The translations under genes were made by a program, and so were the position numbers. Shown here in pieces: positions 44,448 through 52,858 of a stretch of 64,000 nucleotides of DNA (position 1 is its first letter; each line of letters begins with the position of its first letter). The notes under the pieces were generated by a model. It had not been told where the DNA came from and made no database searches. It worked only from the letters and a program-made list of their open reading frames with translations. Source of the stretch: a virus (taxonomy: Duplodnaviria; Heunggongvirae; Uroviricota; Caudoviricetes); IMG/VR virus record IMGVR_UViG_3300025009_000056; one strand, given 5' to 3'.

Positions 44448-44741
44448 TTATGCGAGTCTATCCACAACCAGCGATACAAACTTATTCACCCCAATCCGGT
44501 AAACAAGATTTACAGCTAACTGCTCGAGTAAGTCAATAGGCAAATAGCCCTGCTTTGCGCTAACGCTAAATTTCTCCAGCGTATCCATCGCGTCAGCTTT
44601 AGTCTTTCCAAATTCGAAAACCTTTTCACCATCCTTGAGTCCGGTTACAAGGACAGAGAATTCTAGATTTTCAAAGCACACGGAGTACCCCTTTTTACTA
44701 AGGTACTCCATGTTTTCTTTCAGTTTATCAGCTGTATCCAT
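44448..44741 (-). CDS. Hypothetical protein (97 aa)
   Basis: ORF tiling. Confidence 0.45.
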   Translation of the reverse strand: MDTADKLKENMEYLSKKGYSVCFENLEFSVLVTGLKDGEKVFEFGKTKADAMDTLEKFSVSAKQGYLPIDLLEQLAVNLVYRIGVNKFVSLVVDRLA

Positions 44742-45811
44742 TAAATTTCTGTTTCAATCACCTTTGTTTCGATTCTTTTGATTTTGTATTGCACTCCATC
44801 AATTGAACAAAGAATGCTTTTCGCCACCACCTCTTTAAACGAATCAGAACATCCTTTTAGGAGTAAAATATAATCATCAATACTCTCAAAGGTGAAAGAT
44901 TGTTTGGCTGAAACAATACTTGCTTCTGCATGAACTATACTATCTTCAGACTTCTGTTTCACAGGCGCATTATTGGTATGAGCGGATACATTTTCCTTTG
45001 GTTTAACCTCACCTCCAACTGGGACGCGCGGAGCGCTCTGCGTGTCTCCGGCAAGATATTTATCTACCAACACAAAGGCATTCTGTAAAACACTCATGAT
45101 TGCAGACACATTTTTATTATCATCCATTTTTCTTGTTTTCGACAGAGCGATGACAAAATCTTTATCAATGAATGCATTTTTGAATTTCTTTTTACCGGAA
45201 GCATATCTCTCGCAAATAAATTTTTCATTTTTCTTTTTCAGATAATTAACGGCGCTCATGCCAGCCGTATCGTTATATCCGAGAATAGAGAAAACATGCT
45301 TTGTGTTGTAGAGGGCAAGTTTTCGCTCTCCATCGACAAATACGGCGATATTGCCATATTTGCCAGCGCTAATCTGTCTGATTTCTGTCTTTTTCATTTG
45401 TTTTGTGTTTAGTTTTATTTTTTGTTTTTCTTTGACCTCATCCCTGTATGTATACGCTGAATTTATCAACACCATCTGACTCATCTTTTCAAAAACACCA
45501 GCAAACCATGTTTCTATTTCTGCGTATCCGTCCGGATTCAGTTTTTTGAGATTGCCGATTAAATCCAGCACGAAAAACCTATCACCAAAATACAGGCAAC
45601 GCTTAACTTTTTCAATTGATTTCACTGTAAGCGGGATAAGGTCGTGGTCGTGTTTGTAATTGAGATAGACCTTGAAGCTTTCTTTGGTTGATAACCCCAG
45701 AATTTTACACACATCAAGGGTGCAGTAAATTGCTTTTTTCTCATAATAGTCAGCAATCACCCTTAACGAATTTCCTTTGTAGCTGAATTTTTCGAGTTTT
45801 TTATTTTCCAT
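44741..45811 (-). CDS. Bro-N/KilA-N-like DNA-binding domain protein (anti-repressor-like; two N-terminal repeats)
   Basis: MENKKLEKFSYKGNSLRVIADYYEKKAIYCTLDVCKILGLS and second copy QISAGKYGNIAVFVDGERKLALYNTKHVFSILGYNDTAG resemble Bro-N. Confidence 0.4.
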   Translation of the reverse strand: MENKKLEKFSYKGNSLRVIADYYEKKAIYCTLDVCKILGLSTKESFKVYLNYKHDHDLIPLTVKSIEKVKRCLYFGDRFFVLDLIGNLKKLNPDGYAEIETWFAGVFEKMSQMVLINSAYTYRDEVKEKQKIKLNTKQMKKTEIRQISAGKYGNIAVFVDGERKLALYNTKHVFSILGYNDTAGMSAVNYLKKKNEKFICERYASGKKKFKNAFIDKDFVIALSKTRKMDDNKNVSAIMSVLQNAFVLVDKYLAGDTQSAPRVPVGGEVKPKENVSAHTNNAPVKQKSEDSIVHAEASIVSAKQSFTFESIDDYILLLKGCSDSFKEVVAKSILCSIDGVQYKIKRIETKVIETEI

Positions 45812-45816
45812 TGTTT

Positions 45817-46299
45817 TTAGATTTGTTCCTCTCTTATTATCCTCCGGATTTCACTGAGCGCGATGGGTGCTTTTCTAACATCCGCGCATACATTAAAATA
45901 CCGTTTGTCGTTTATTGTTTTTTCATGAACGTGTCCATGAATATTAACCTTACCATGCAACTCGTCTGGATGTATCGGGAAATGTGTAAACCAAAACTCA
46001 TCGTGTTTTTTACACCCCATCACCTTATTCACGCACCTCAATAACTCTGGAACATGCTGTGGAAAATCATGATTCCCGAGAATTACATTTATTATTCCTT
46101 TCAACCTTTTTAGCGTGGTGTAATCACCTTTTTCCATCGTAATATCACCAAAAAGATAAACAGTGTCTTTCTTTGTTATCAGGTTGTTCCAACTGGAGAC
46201 GATTAACTCATCCATCTCCTCTGCGCAACTGAAACCCCTCGCTATTGCGATGTTATTATGTCCAAAATGCGGGTCTGAAAAAGCGTATATCTGACTCAT
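45817..46299 (-). CDS. Calcineurin-like metallophosphoesterase
   Basis: SDPHFGH, FGDITMEKG, LGNHDF, HGHVH phosphoesterase motifs. Confidence 0.7.
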   Translation of the reverse strand: MSQIYAFSDPHFGHNNIAIARGFSCAEEMDELIVSSWNNLITKKDTVYLFGDITMEKGDYTTLKRLKGIINVILGNHDFPQHVPELLRCVNKVMGCKKHDEFWFTHFPIHPDELHGKVNIHGHVHEKTINDKRYFNVCADVRKAPIALSEIRRIIREEQI

Positions 46300-46478
46300 T
46301 TTTGTTTTTTATTATTGGGTGAAATAGAACCTATTGCGGCAATCAGTAAAATAATTGTTCCTAAAACAAGTATTAATAAACAAGAGGCTACAAACCTCAT
46401 ATCCTTTCCTTTATTATAAATAATATCTCTGAGAACAATAGCGATAAATATCCCGATAAAAAGCATTATTATCTCCAT
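46296..46478 (-). CDS. Small two-TM membrane protein (60 aa; holin-like topology)
   Basis: MEIIMLFIGIFIAIVL...CLLILVLGTIILLIAAIG. Confidence 0.4.
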   Translation of the reverse strand: MEIIMLFIGIFIAIVLRDIIYNKGKDMRFVASCLLILVLGTIILLIAAIGSISPNNKKQK

Positions 46479-46492
46479 AACCTGTTTTTATC

Positions 46493-46729
46493 TTAATTCT
46501 CGTTTGATTTTTTACCAAAACAATATAAACTATCTTTGGTTACATTCACCACGAATGGGTCTCCATCATTTGTGTAAAACACCATGTAATTCATTCCGGA
46601 CACATTATAATTAAGCGTAAAAACATTCTTACCAATTGTGCCGTTTGTAATCTGTTCCCCACCGCCATTACAAGATGTGAAAATGATGGCTGTAAACAAC
46701 ACGAATAATTTTAAAATCAGATTTTTCAT
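46493..46729 (-). CDS. Small lipoprotein (78 aa)
   Basis: MKNLILKLFVLFTAIIFTSC lipobox-like signal. Confidence 0.45.
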   Translation of the reverse strand: MKNLILKLFVLFTAIIFTSCNGGGEQITNGTIGKNVFTLNYNVSGMNYMVFYTNDGDPFVVNVTKDSLYCFGKKSNEN

Positions 46730-46740
46730 GGTTTCAGGTT

Positions 46741-47187
46741 TTAAAGTTGCTTTTTTGTTGGCGGGTTGTAATTATCCTGTAAAAATAGAGAAAATGTGAC
46801 ATCACTTTTATACTCAGGATTCGAACAACACCAGTGGCTCCACACCCCCATCCAAGAGTTTTCAATAATATAAGCCTTTTTATCCTGTGGAACCTGTTCT
46901 AAATCAGACTTAGTATTCGATGTATTCTGATTAGCGTAGAGGTCAATCTGCGGCAGTCCAGTTGGTATTATATTGACTGGCGTACACTGATTTAATTTTT
47001 TCACATCTTTTTTTATTTCACCATTTAAAAAAAGTAAAAATATAAAGATAACGCTTATTCCGAAACTTACCGCAAGACCAATACAGTACAGATTCATTGG
47101 AAAACAGATAACGCCTAAACCAATCAGTGTACGCACTAACACTGCACAAATCAGCCATCCTGTGAAAATCGAAATCAAATATTTCAT
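46741..47187 (-). CDS. Multi-TM membrane protein (148 aa)
   Basis: Hydrophobic N-terminal half. Confidence 0.45.
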   Translation of the reverse strand: MKYLISIFTGWLICAVLVRTLIGLGVICFPMNLYCIGLAVSFGISVIFIFLLFLNGEIKKDVKKLNQCTPVNIIPTGLPQIDLYANQNTSNTKSDLEQVPQDKKAYIIENSWMGVWSHWCCSNPEYKSDVTFSLFLQDNYNPPTKKQL

Positions 47188-47205
47188 GTTTTTGTTTTTA
47201 AGTTT

Positions 47206-47901
47206 TTAATTTTCTGTTTCCGGAAACTGTAATTCGTATTTGTGTAGCATTTTCTCATAGTTAATGTTTGCCTCACAGTATTTCAGCACATCGGACTTAT
47301 ATACATGAAACACCCCCAGATGTTTTCCTGTAACAAATCTTACGGTAATTATCCCTAAATCTCTTTCTTGTCCAACAAAATAACCAAGCTCGTAACCAGA
47401 ATCAGTTTCAATAATAATTTTATCACCGCTATTATATGTTCTCATTTTGCACTTTTTTATACAACCAACCACCTTGCACTTTCTCCAATAATATAAATTC
47501 ACCCTATCTTTGTTCCGGTTTGTCAAATTGGGGTACGGATTGTAGTTTTTCACTTTAAGCGTTTCTACATATTCTTGAGCGCAGTCCTTACACAACTCCC
47601 TGTATCCGCCGCATACAAAATCAAATTCCTCATTTTTCTTTAACTCCCCACATTTTACACAATACCTTTTAGTATCGCGTCTTTTTTCGTAATCAAAAAA
47701 CTCATACGGGTCGATTTTTATAGCATCCGGAACACAAACGTTAATACCGACAACAACAGGATTATATATTTCACACATCTTCAGAACATCGTCCTCGACT
47801 GTATTGAGAACATAATTTCTTTCGGAATATTTTGTAATATCAGATAGTGCGTCTTTTTTCGCGGACACTATATCAAACCCCTTAAATCTCCATCCTTTCA
47901 T
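47206..47901 (-). CDS. Cys-rich hypothetical protein (231 aa)
   Basis: CVKCGELKKNEEFDFVCGGYRELCKDC...CKVVGCIKKCK. Confidence 0.5.
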   Translation of the reverse strand: MKGWRFKGFDIVSAKKDALSDITKYSERNYVLNTVEDDVLKMCEIYNPVVVGINVCVPDAIKIDPYEFFDYEKRRDTKRYCVKCGELKKNEEFDFVCGGYRELCKDCAQEYVETLKVKNYNPYPNLTNRNKDRVNLYYWRKCKVVGCIKKCKMRTYNSGDKIIIETDSGYELGYFVGQERDLGIITVRFVTGKHLGVFHVYKSDVLKYCEANINYEKMLHKYELQFPETEN

Positions 47902-48125
47902 AATGTGCTATTTACCAAGATTAATCCGATTGGATTAACCGAAACACCCCCAATTTTCATTTCAACAGGAATAGTAACTGACTTTTTTCGCCAATCAATT
48001 TCATTTCCTTTTGTTCCGATATATTGGTCTTTTATTTTCATAAGTTTTTCTGTTGGAATGCAACCCAGAAATATGTGAGATAACATCTCGTTATCACTCA
48101 TTAAATCTTTTACTTCTATTTTCAT
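47898..48125 (-). CDS. Hypothetical protein (75 aa)
   Basis: ORF tiling. Confidence 0.45.
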   Translation of the reverse strand: MKIEVKDLMSDNEMLSHIFLGCIPTEKLMKIKDQYIGTKGNEIDWRKKSVTIPVEMKIGGVSVNPIGLILVNSTL

Positions 48126-48187
48126 TGTCTTGAGTTTTTAAATTAATACTAATAAAGTCCAGCGATAAAGCAGAATGTTCTTTTGGG

Positions 48188-48424
48188 TTATTTAAAATCA
48201 ATCATTTCCTGAATTTTCTCACGGGTAATAAGGTGTGGCGGTATGTCGTGGATGCACCCCAGATAAGCAGAACTTATCAGAATTTCATCCACACCAAGTG
48301 TGTCGTTACCACAGATGAAAATACACAAATTCATAACCCTCATCAAATCGGCATTATCATCAACACCCTCGCTTATAAAAAACACCCATGTGAGTATTTC
48401 CGGAGTTTTATAAATTTTAGTCAT
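48188..48424 (-). CDS. Hypothetical protein (~78 aa; ORF track start 48493 trimmed to MTKIYK Met because conserved promoter box lies at 48448..48455)
   Basis: rc of 48448..48455 = TACATTTG inside the longer ORF. Confidence 0.35.
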   Translation of the reverse strand: MTKIYKTPEILTWVFFISEGVDDNADLMRVMNLCIFICGNDTLGVDEILISSAYLGCIHDIPPHLITREKIQEMIDFK

Positions 48425-48439
48425 AGTTCTTTTCGTTTT

Positions 48440-48480
48440 GGGTTTCAGATGCAAATGTACGAAAACATTTTTAACATCCG
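48440..48480 (-). promoter_or_regulatory. Putative promoter, conserved cgTACATTTG -7 box
   Basis: Same TTTTcgTACATTTG element as at 51046..51053 and 61026..61033, ~25 nt upstream of ATG 48424. Confidence 0.35.
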
Positions 48481-48513
48481 CAAACAATAACACTTGATTA
48501 ACAATTTACCCAA

Positions 48514-48855
48514 TTACTCAAATTTGTCCAGCGATAAAACCGGATATTTCTTCAGGTCATCAACGGTAATAGTCCGCGTTGTCAAATACATCTCACTCAC
48601 CAATTCCCGCAGTTCATTGCCGACAATAATCGCAGCGGGACGCTTTTTGCCTTTCTCCACCAGCTTTTTGATTTTATCAACGGTAATCTTTTTTGCTCCA
48701 GACAAATCCACCTCGCTCAGATTTTCATTTTTAACCGTCAATAGGTCACGGCAGTATCCGAAAATAACATCGGATTTCGTTTTACCGCATTTGGCAACAT
48801 ACCCGATTCCCAAATTGGGATTTTTTAAATTGGTAACGAGAGAATGTTTTTTCAT
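48514..48855 (-). CDS. Hypothetical protein (113 aa)
   Basis: ORF tiling. Confidence 0.45.
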   Translation of the reverse strand: MKKHSLVTNLKNPNLGIGYVAKCGKTKSDVIFGYCRDLLTVKNENLSEVDLSGAKKITVDKIKKLVEKGKKRPAAIIVGNELRELVSEMYLTTRTITVDDLKKYPVLSLDKFE

Positions 48856-48857
48856 TC

Positions 48858-49679
48858 CTATTGATTTTTACCGCAACAATTTTTATATTTCTTTCCGGAG
48901 CCACATTCACAGATGTCATTCCTTTGTTGCCTCGGCTTTGGTTCCTCTTTTGATTCTGGGGGCTTTACGGCCACAGGTTCCGGTTTCTTCTCCGGCTGAC
49001 CAAAGACCTCATATACTCCCGTGATTTTATCAATCTTATACACGCAGTTTTCATCAACCTTTAAAAAGCACCAATCATCTGTACTTATTTCATCTGGATT
49101 TCCACGGTGGCATTCCACAATCAAATCTCCGGTTAGCAGGTTATACACCTTACCGCTCTGAAAAGCGATATTGTGGTCAATATAGATAGAATTGTAATTA
49201 TCGTTTTCAAGAACAACCTCTCCATTATCATCAATAACAACGTTTCGGGTATCCTTGCAACAAACTTGAATAAAATTGGATTTCTCGGAAAATTGACCAC
49301 CAAATCCGCGTTCATGAAACAATGCCTCGGACTTTTTCTCACCCCACTTGTAAATGCATCCATAACTGGAATCTTTTTCAAAAAGAATGAAAACGCCACG
49401 ACCAAGATTTTGAATTTTGGCGGCAGAGTGAACAAGCGTACCGTCCTCTTTGTAAAAAGAGCGATAATCACGATTTATGCAGTCGTAAAATCCGTCACAG
49501 AATATAATTTCGCCAAATTCAAACGGAATATTTTTCCACGGAACACCGTCAAATCCGTCCTTATTTTCAATACCGTACTGTATGCGCTTCTGTTTTTTTT
49601 GTACCGAATCCATATAGGCAAACATGGAACCCATAAAAGCACGAGGGTCTGCACCGAACATATTGAGATAGTCTTTCAT
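48858..49679 (-). CDS. Hypothetical protein with C-terminal SEC-C zinc-binding motif (273 aa)
   Basis: C-terminus ICECGSGKKYKNCCGKNQ (SecA-C-like CxCxSGKKYKxCCG). Confidence 0.5.
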   Translation of the reverse strand: MKDYLNMFGADPRAFMGSMFAYMDSVQKKQKRIQYGIENKDGFDGVPWKNIPFEFGEIIFCDGFYDCINRDYRSFYKEDGTLVHSAAKIQNLGRGVFILFEKDSSYGCIYKWGEKKSEALFHERGFGGQFSEKSNFIQVCCKDTRNVVIDDNGEVVLENDNYNSIYIDHNIAFQSGKVYNLLTGDLIVECHRGNPDEISTDDWCFLKVDENCVYKIDKITGVYEVFGQPEKKPEPVAVKPPESKEEPKPRQQRNDICECGSGKKYKNCCGKNQ

Positions 49680-49726
49680 TGCTGTTATGTTTGTTATCTA
49701 CGTTTTTAAATTTGCTGATTTTTAAA

Positions 49727-49766
49727 AAACACAACCCACTTTTCATAAACATAACTCAAAGTGGGT
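49727..49766 (-). terminator. Putative rho-independent terminator downstream of paralog B
   Basis: 12-bp inverted repeat ACAACCCACTTT / AAAGTGGGTTGT; on minus strand followed by GUUUUUUAAAAAU. Confidence 0.35.
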
Positions 49767-49777
49767 TGTGAGAAAAA

Positions 49778-50257
49778 TTACATTATGAATTTTTTATAAA
49801 TTTCAGCGAACTGTTTTCCTGCATATTCCGCCAGTTCGCTGGTTCTATAACAGAGGCGCGAACCCGCACGCGTATTCGCAAACCAGAAGCCGTAAAACGC
49901 AGCACCGAACCCGAACGGCGAGGCAGCGAAGTAGGGGTAATATTTACGTTGGTCTTTATTATCCCAGTCGGGTATCCAACCCTCATTTAACGCCTGAGCG
50001 ACTATTTTGGCTTTTTCATAAAAAATGTTATCCTCACTAATACCAATATACGACTTGAACTTTTTGTTGAATTCGTCCTCGGTAGTACCGCACTCAATAC
50101 AGGCATCGGCAAATGTCTTTACCCTTTTTGTAACATCGCTCTCGGCATCAATAATTTCACGGAGTTTAGCTGATTCATTATTGAGCTTTTCAGACTCTTT
50201 AGTAATCTCAGTAAGACGCTTTTGTGCATTTAATACACTTTCTTTGTTCGGTTTCAT
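49778..50257 (-). CDS. Paralog-family protein B (159 aa)
   Basis: VKTFADACIECGTTE...DWDNKDQRKYYPYFAASPFGF...GSRLCYRTSELAEYAGKQF. Confidence 0.65.
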   Translation of the reverse strand: MKPNKESVLNAQKRLTEITKESEKLNNESAKLREIIDAESDVTKRVKTFADACIECGTTEDEFNKKFKSYIGISEDNIFYEKAKIVAQALNEGWIPDWDNKDQRKYYPYFAASPFGFGAAFYGFWFANTRAGSRLCYRTSELAEYAGKQFAEIYKKFIM

Positions 50258-50289
50258 ATTTTTAGTTTTTGATTTGTTTCAACTTTTAA

Positions 50290-51012
50290 TTACAACACCC
50301 TAACACATTGAATAACATTATCACCATCCAGACCCGTGCTGATAACCTCCGAAATAGTAACAGTCAAATCCTTACCCCTTGTCTTCTGAGCCTTTCCGTT
50401 TATAACAGGCATTAAATATGGATACATACCTCCTACGAATTTAACACCACTGAATACACGCACGGATATATTACCAAATACCGCGTCTGACAAGCATTCA
50501 GTATAGTTGTCATTTGCATTAAATCCATTTGTACGAAAACTCAATGTAATAGTATCGCCAACAGAAAGGAGTGTGGCTGAATCAACCAAGTCTTTTTTCT
50601 GTTGTTCAATGGAGTCAATGTAAGCAATATACTGGGGGTGGTTTTTAATATACTCCGATGTTGCTCCATTATAGTTACTAGCACTCCAAACGCAATACTG
50701 AAAATCCTTATCCATAATTTCATCAACCATGCGGCCAGCATACTTACCTCCCCAAAAATAATTTTCCGGAAGACCAGTTTTCTCCTGACGGTCAAACGAA
50801 CTCGATTTCCCCCTCAGCGAATCATCAATCTCAATACTTGGATACAACTCCTTAACCTTATCAATATCCATTGAGATGTTTTTGATATAATAAAAGCTAT
50901 GATTCACACCCACCTGATGATGCTTTCCGTAGGCATCAGTCTTATATTCTGGATTCGACTCATAATCCCAAAGGGTGTAGTATTGTGTTGCAAATCCGAT
51001 TAACTTTTTCAT
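50290..51012 (-). CDS. Hypothetical protein (240 aa), first gene of operon driven by conserved promoter
   Basis: ATG at 51010..51012; ORF tiling. Confidence 0.55.
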   Translation of the reverse strand: MKKLIGFATQYYTLWDYESNPEYKTDAYGKHHQVGVNHSFYYIKNISMDIDKVKELYPSIEIDDSLRGKSSSFDRQEKTGLPENYFWGGKYAGRMVDEIMDKDFQYCVWSASNYNGATSEYIKNHPQYIAYIDSIEQQKKDLVDSATLLSVGDTITLSFRTNGFNANDNYTECLSDAVFGNISVRVFSGVKFVGGMYPYLMPVINGKAQKTRGKDLTVTISEVISTGLDGDNVIQCVRVL

Positions 51013-51039
51013 GGCTTTCAGGTTTAGTTCGAAAGATTA

Positions 51040-51080
51040 ACGACACAAATGTACGAAGAAAAAACACAGGTTTAGAACAT
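51040..51080 (-). promoter_or_regulatory. Putative promoter, conserved TTTTcgTACATTTG -7 box
   Basis: rc of 51046..51053 = TACATTTG (TAnnTTTG), 34 nt upstream of ATG 51012; block 51044..51092 homologous to 61024..61072. Confidence 0.45.
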
Positions 51081-51329
51081 TTAACTCTTATTTAAGAATT
51101 CAAAGGTTAACCTCTTTTAACATTCACTCGCAAATCGGCCTATAATCACGCCCTCATACATCCCAGCTTGACATATAGGTTTTTAGATTATTTATTCAGG
51201 GAATTGCACAATCCATTAACAAAACACTATACACCTGACTTACTGCAATATAGTCAAAAATAAGCCGATTTTTCGGGGAACTTTCACTCCGATACGGGGA
51301 ATTGAATTGCAAATATACGAAATTCCCCA

Positions 51330-51472
51330 CATAAAAAGCGTTTCTATTTTACTTTTTGGCACTTTTTACCCCGATTTGTAAAATAGGATGCATTTTTAGC
51401 ACCCAAATACAACATGAAAAACACCCACTATTTTACTTTTTGACCATTTTTGGTCAATTTGTAAAATAGAAC
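51330..51472. repeat. Intergenic repeat region 1: two ~43-bp units bounded by 9-bp inverted repeat CTATTTTAC...GTAAAATAG (51344..51386, 51428..51469)
   Basis: Unit 2 is near-palindromic (CTATTTTACTTTTTGACCA-TTTT-TGGTCAATTTGTAAAATAG); 51330..51410 homologous to 61136..61215. Confidence 0.6.
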
Positions 51473-51486
51473 GACTTATTTACATA

Positions 51487-51512
51487 AAAAAACCGGACGA
51501 ATCCGGTTTCTC
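51487..51512 (-). terminator. Rho-independent terminator (bidirectional hairpin) after gene 51529..51723
   Basis: AAAAAACCGGAcgaaTCCGGTTTCTCTTTTTT: 7-bp GC-rich stem with U-tracts on both strands. Confidence 0.5.
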
Positions 51513-51528
51513 TTTTTTCAATTTTTGT

Positions 51529-51723
51529 CTAGTCATTCTTTTCGAGGAATTCAACTGCCTGCACAATACCTCTCCGGTTTTTGTGTGTCGGCCAAATCTT
51601 TTCATCAAAGAATTTCAGCTTTTCTTTCCACCAAGCGCCTACACTCTCATTGATTTCCTCTGTCTTGTGGTTTTGCGTAAGCCATTGCGCAAAACGGAAC
51701 GATTTTACATCTTCTTTTCTCAT
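51529..51723 (-). CDS. Small hypothetical protein (64 aa)
   Basis: ORF followed immediately by terminator. Confidence 0.45.
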   Translation of the reverse strand: MRKEDVKSFRFAQWLTQNHKTEEINESVGAWWKEKLKFFDEKIWPTHKNRRGIVQAVEFLEKND

Positions 51724-51747
51724 ACTCGCTTTTTTAAATTAAATTTT

Positions 51748-51815
51748 GCCTGCTGACAGGACTCGAACCCGCAAAATAAGTAGCTAACTTGTGTTATCAA
51801 TTTCACCACAGCAGA
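51748..51815 (-). pseudogene. Truncated tRNA-like element (68 nt: 7-bp acceptor stem, D-arm, canonical T-arm GCGGGTTCGAGTCCTGT, but anticodon/variable region ~5-6 nt too short)
   Basis: rc: TCTGCTGTGGTGAAATTGATAACACAAGTTAGCTACTTATTTTGCGGGTTCGAGTCCTGTCAGCAGGC; acceptor pairs 1-7/66-72; anticodon arm folds only as 4-bp stem with 5-nt loop. Confidence 0.3.
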
Positions 51816-51842
51816 ACCGTTCAAACGTTACACGGAATATTT

Positions 51843-52823
51843 TTAATTAGCTGGATTCAGCATAAACATATTACCAGAACTTCCACTTGTAATATAGGTA
51901 GGTACTTTTGCTCCACCAGATTTCCAAGCCTCAATCCATTCAAGCTGAATAATGGCCGGATTTGACGAGATGGATAACCCTTTAATTCGCAAAGCCTCTG
52001 ATTCACCTTTAGCCTGTTCAATAGCAATATCCTTATTGATTTTTGCCTGAGTGAGCTTTTCCCCCTGCTGCCTTGTAACCTCCTCAAGTCTCTTTGTTTC
52101 TTTTTCGGCCAATTGAATATTATTGATTGCGGTTTCGTATTTATCATTATAATAAACCTCTCGCAAATCAATATTGTCAATAAGAATGTGATACATCGCC
52201 ACATCTTTAGTCATTCGCATTTTAACTTTCTGTTGAATTTCATCCCTCTTTGTTGAATACGCCTCAAGGGGAGTATACTCGGAGATAACAACAGCCATTG
52301 CCGATTTCAACTTTGTACGAATAACATTTTCCTCCAGCCATAAATAGCGACCCGATGAACCACCGTCATTTTCGGAAACATTCTGATAAATCCACGCGGC
52401 TTCAGCTGGGTCAATTCGCCACGATGACGAAACGTCAAAACCCATCTTAATGCCGTCTTTAGTAGGAGTCCAAATTGCATCATCGCTAACTTTTTGTCCC
52501 TCTTTGGCGACTTTGGCGCAAGTATAAACCCAAACAGTTTTATCCATGCGATATACATTATTCCACCACCAGACAAAATTCCATGTACCACTCTGTAATT
52601 CGGCATCTTTCACTCCGCTCGGTGTGACAACGACACCAACCTCCTGTGCTCCGATTTTCACAATAGTGCTTGAAATCAGCAATACAATCAGAGATGTAAT
52701 AATAAGAGGTTTTGCGCCCTTAATAGGTGGTTTGTTTTTTTGTTTTGCTGCCGCATTGTTCACGAGCAGAAAAATTCCGGCAGCAATGCCGCAAATCGAA
52801 ATAAGAATCAAAATTGCAATCAT
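51843..52823 (-). CDS. SPFH/band-7 (prohibitin/HflK/C-like) membrane protein
   Basis: N-terminal TM segment; PHB-like core and C-terminal coiled coil ...AIEQAKGESEALRIKG...NPAIIQLEWIEAWKSGG. Confidence 0.5.
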   Translation of the reverse strand: MIAILILISICGIAAGIFLLVNNAAAKQKNKPPIKGAKPLIITSLIVLLISSTIVKIGAQEVGVVVTPSGVKDAELQSGTWNFVWWWNNVYRMDKTVWVYTCAKVAKEGQKVSDDAIWTPTKDGIKMGFDVSSSWRIDPAEAAWIYQNVSENDGGSSGRYLWLEENVIRTKLKSAMAVVISEYTPLEAYSTKRDEIQQKVKMRMTKDVAMYHILIDNIDLREVYYNDKYETAINNIQLAEKETKRLEEVTRQQGEKLTQAKINKDIAIEQAKGESEALRIKGLSISSNPAIIQLEWIEAWKSGGAKVPTYITSGSSGNMFMLNPAN

Positions 52824-52858
52824 TTTTCTTTTTTGTTTTTAGTTGTTTGTTTTTCGTT

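Noticed and set aside
49783-49986. Alternative-frame minus-strand ORFs inside paralog B (49783..49986) and paralog C (58787..59059) with similar translations
   Set aside because: The similarity between them only reflects the conserved nucleotide sequence of the paralogs, and the frame is not open in paralog A. The main frame carries the family-wide conserved protein motifs.
51748-51815. Second functional tRNA gene
   Set aside because: The acceptor, D and T arms are present, but the anticodon/variable region is about 5-6 nt too short and cannot form a 7-nt anticodon loop. It is reported as a tRNA-like or pseudo element instead.
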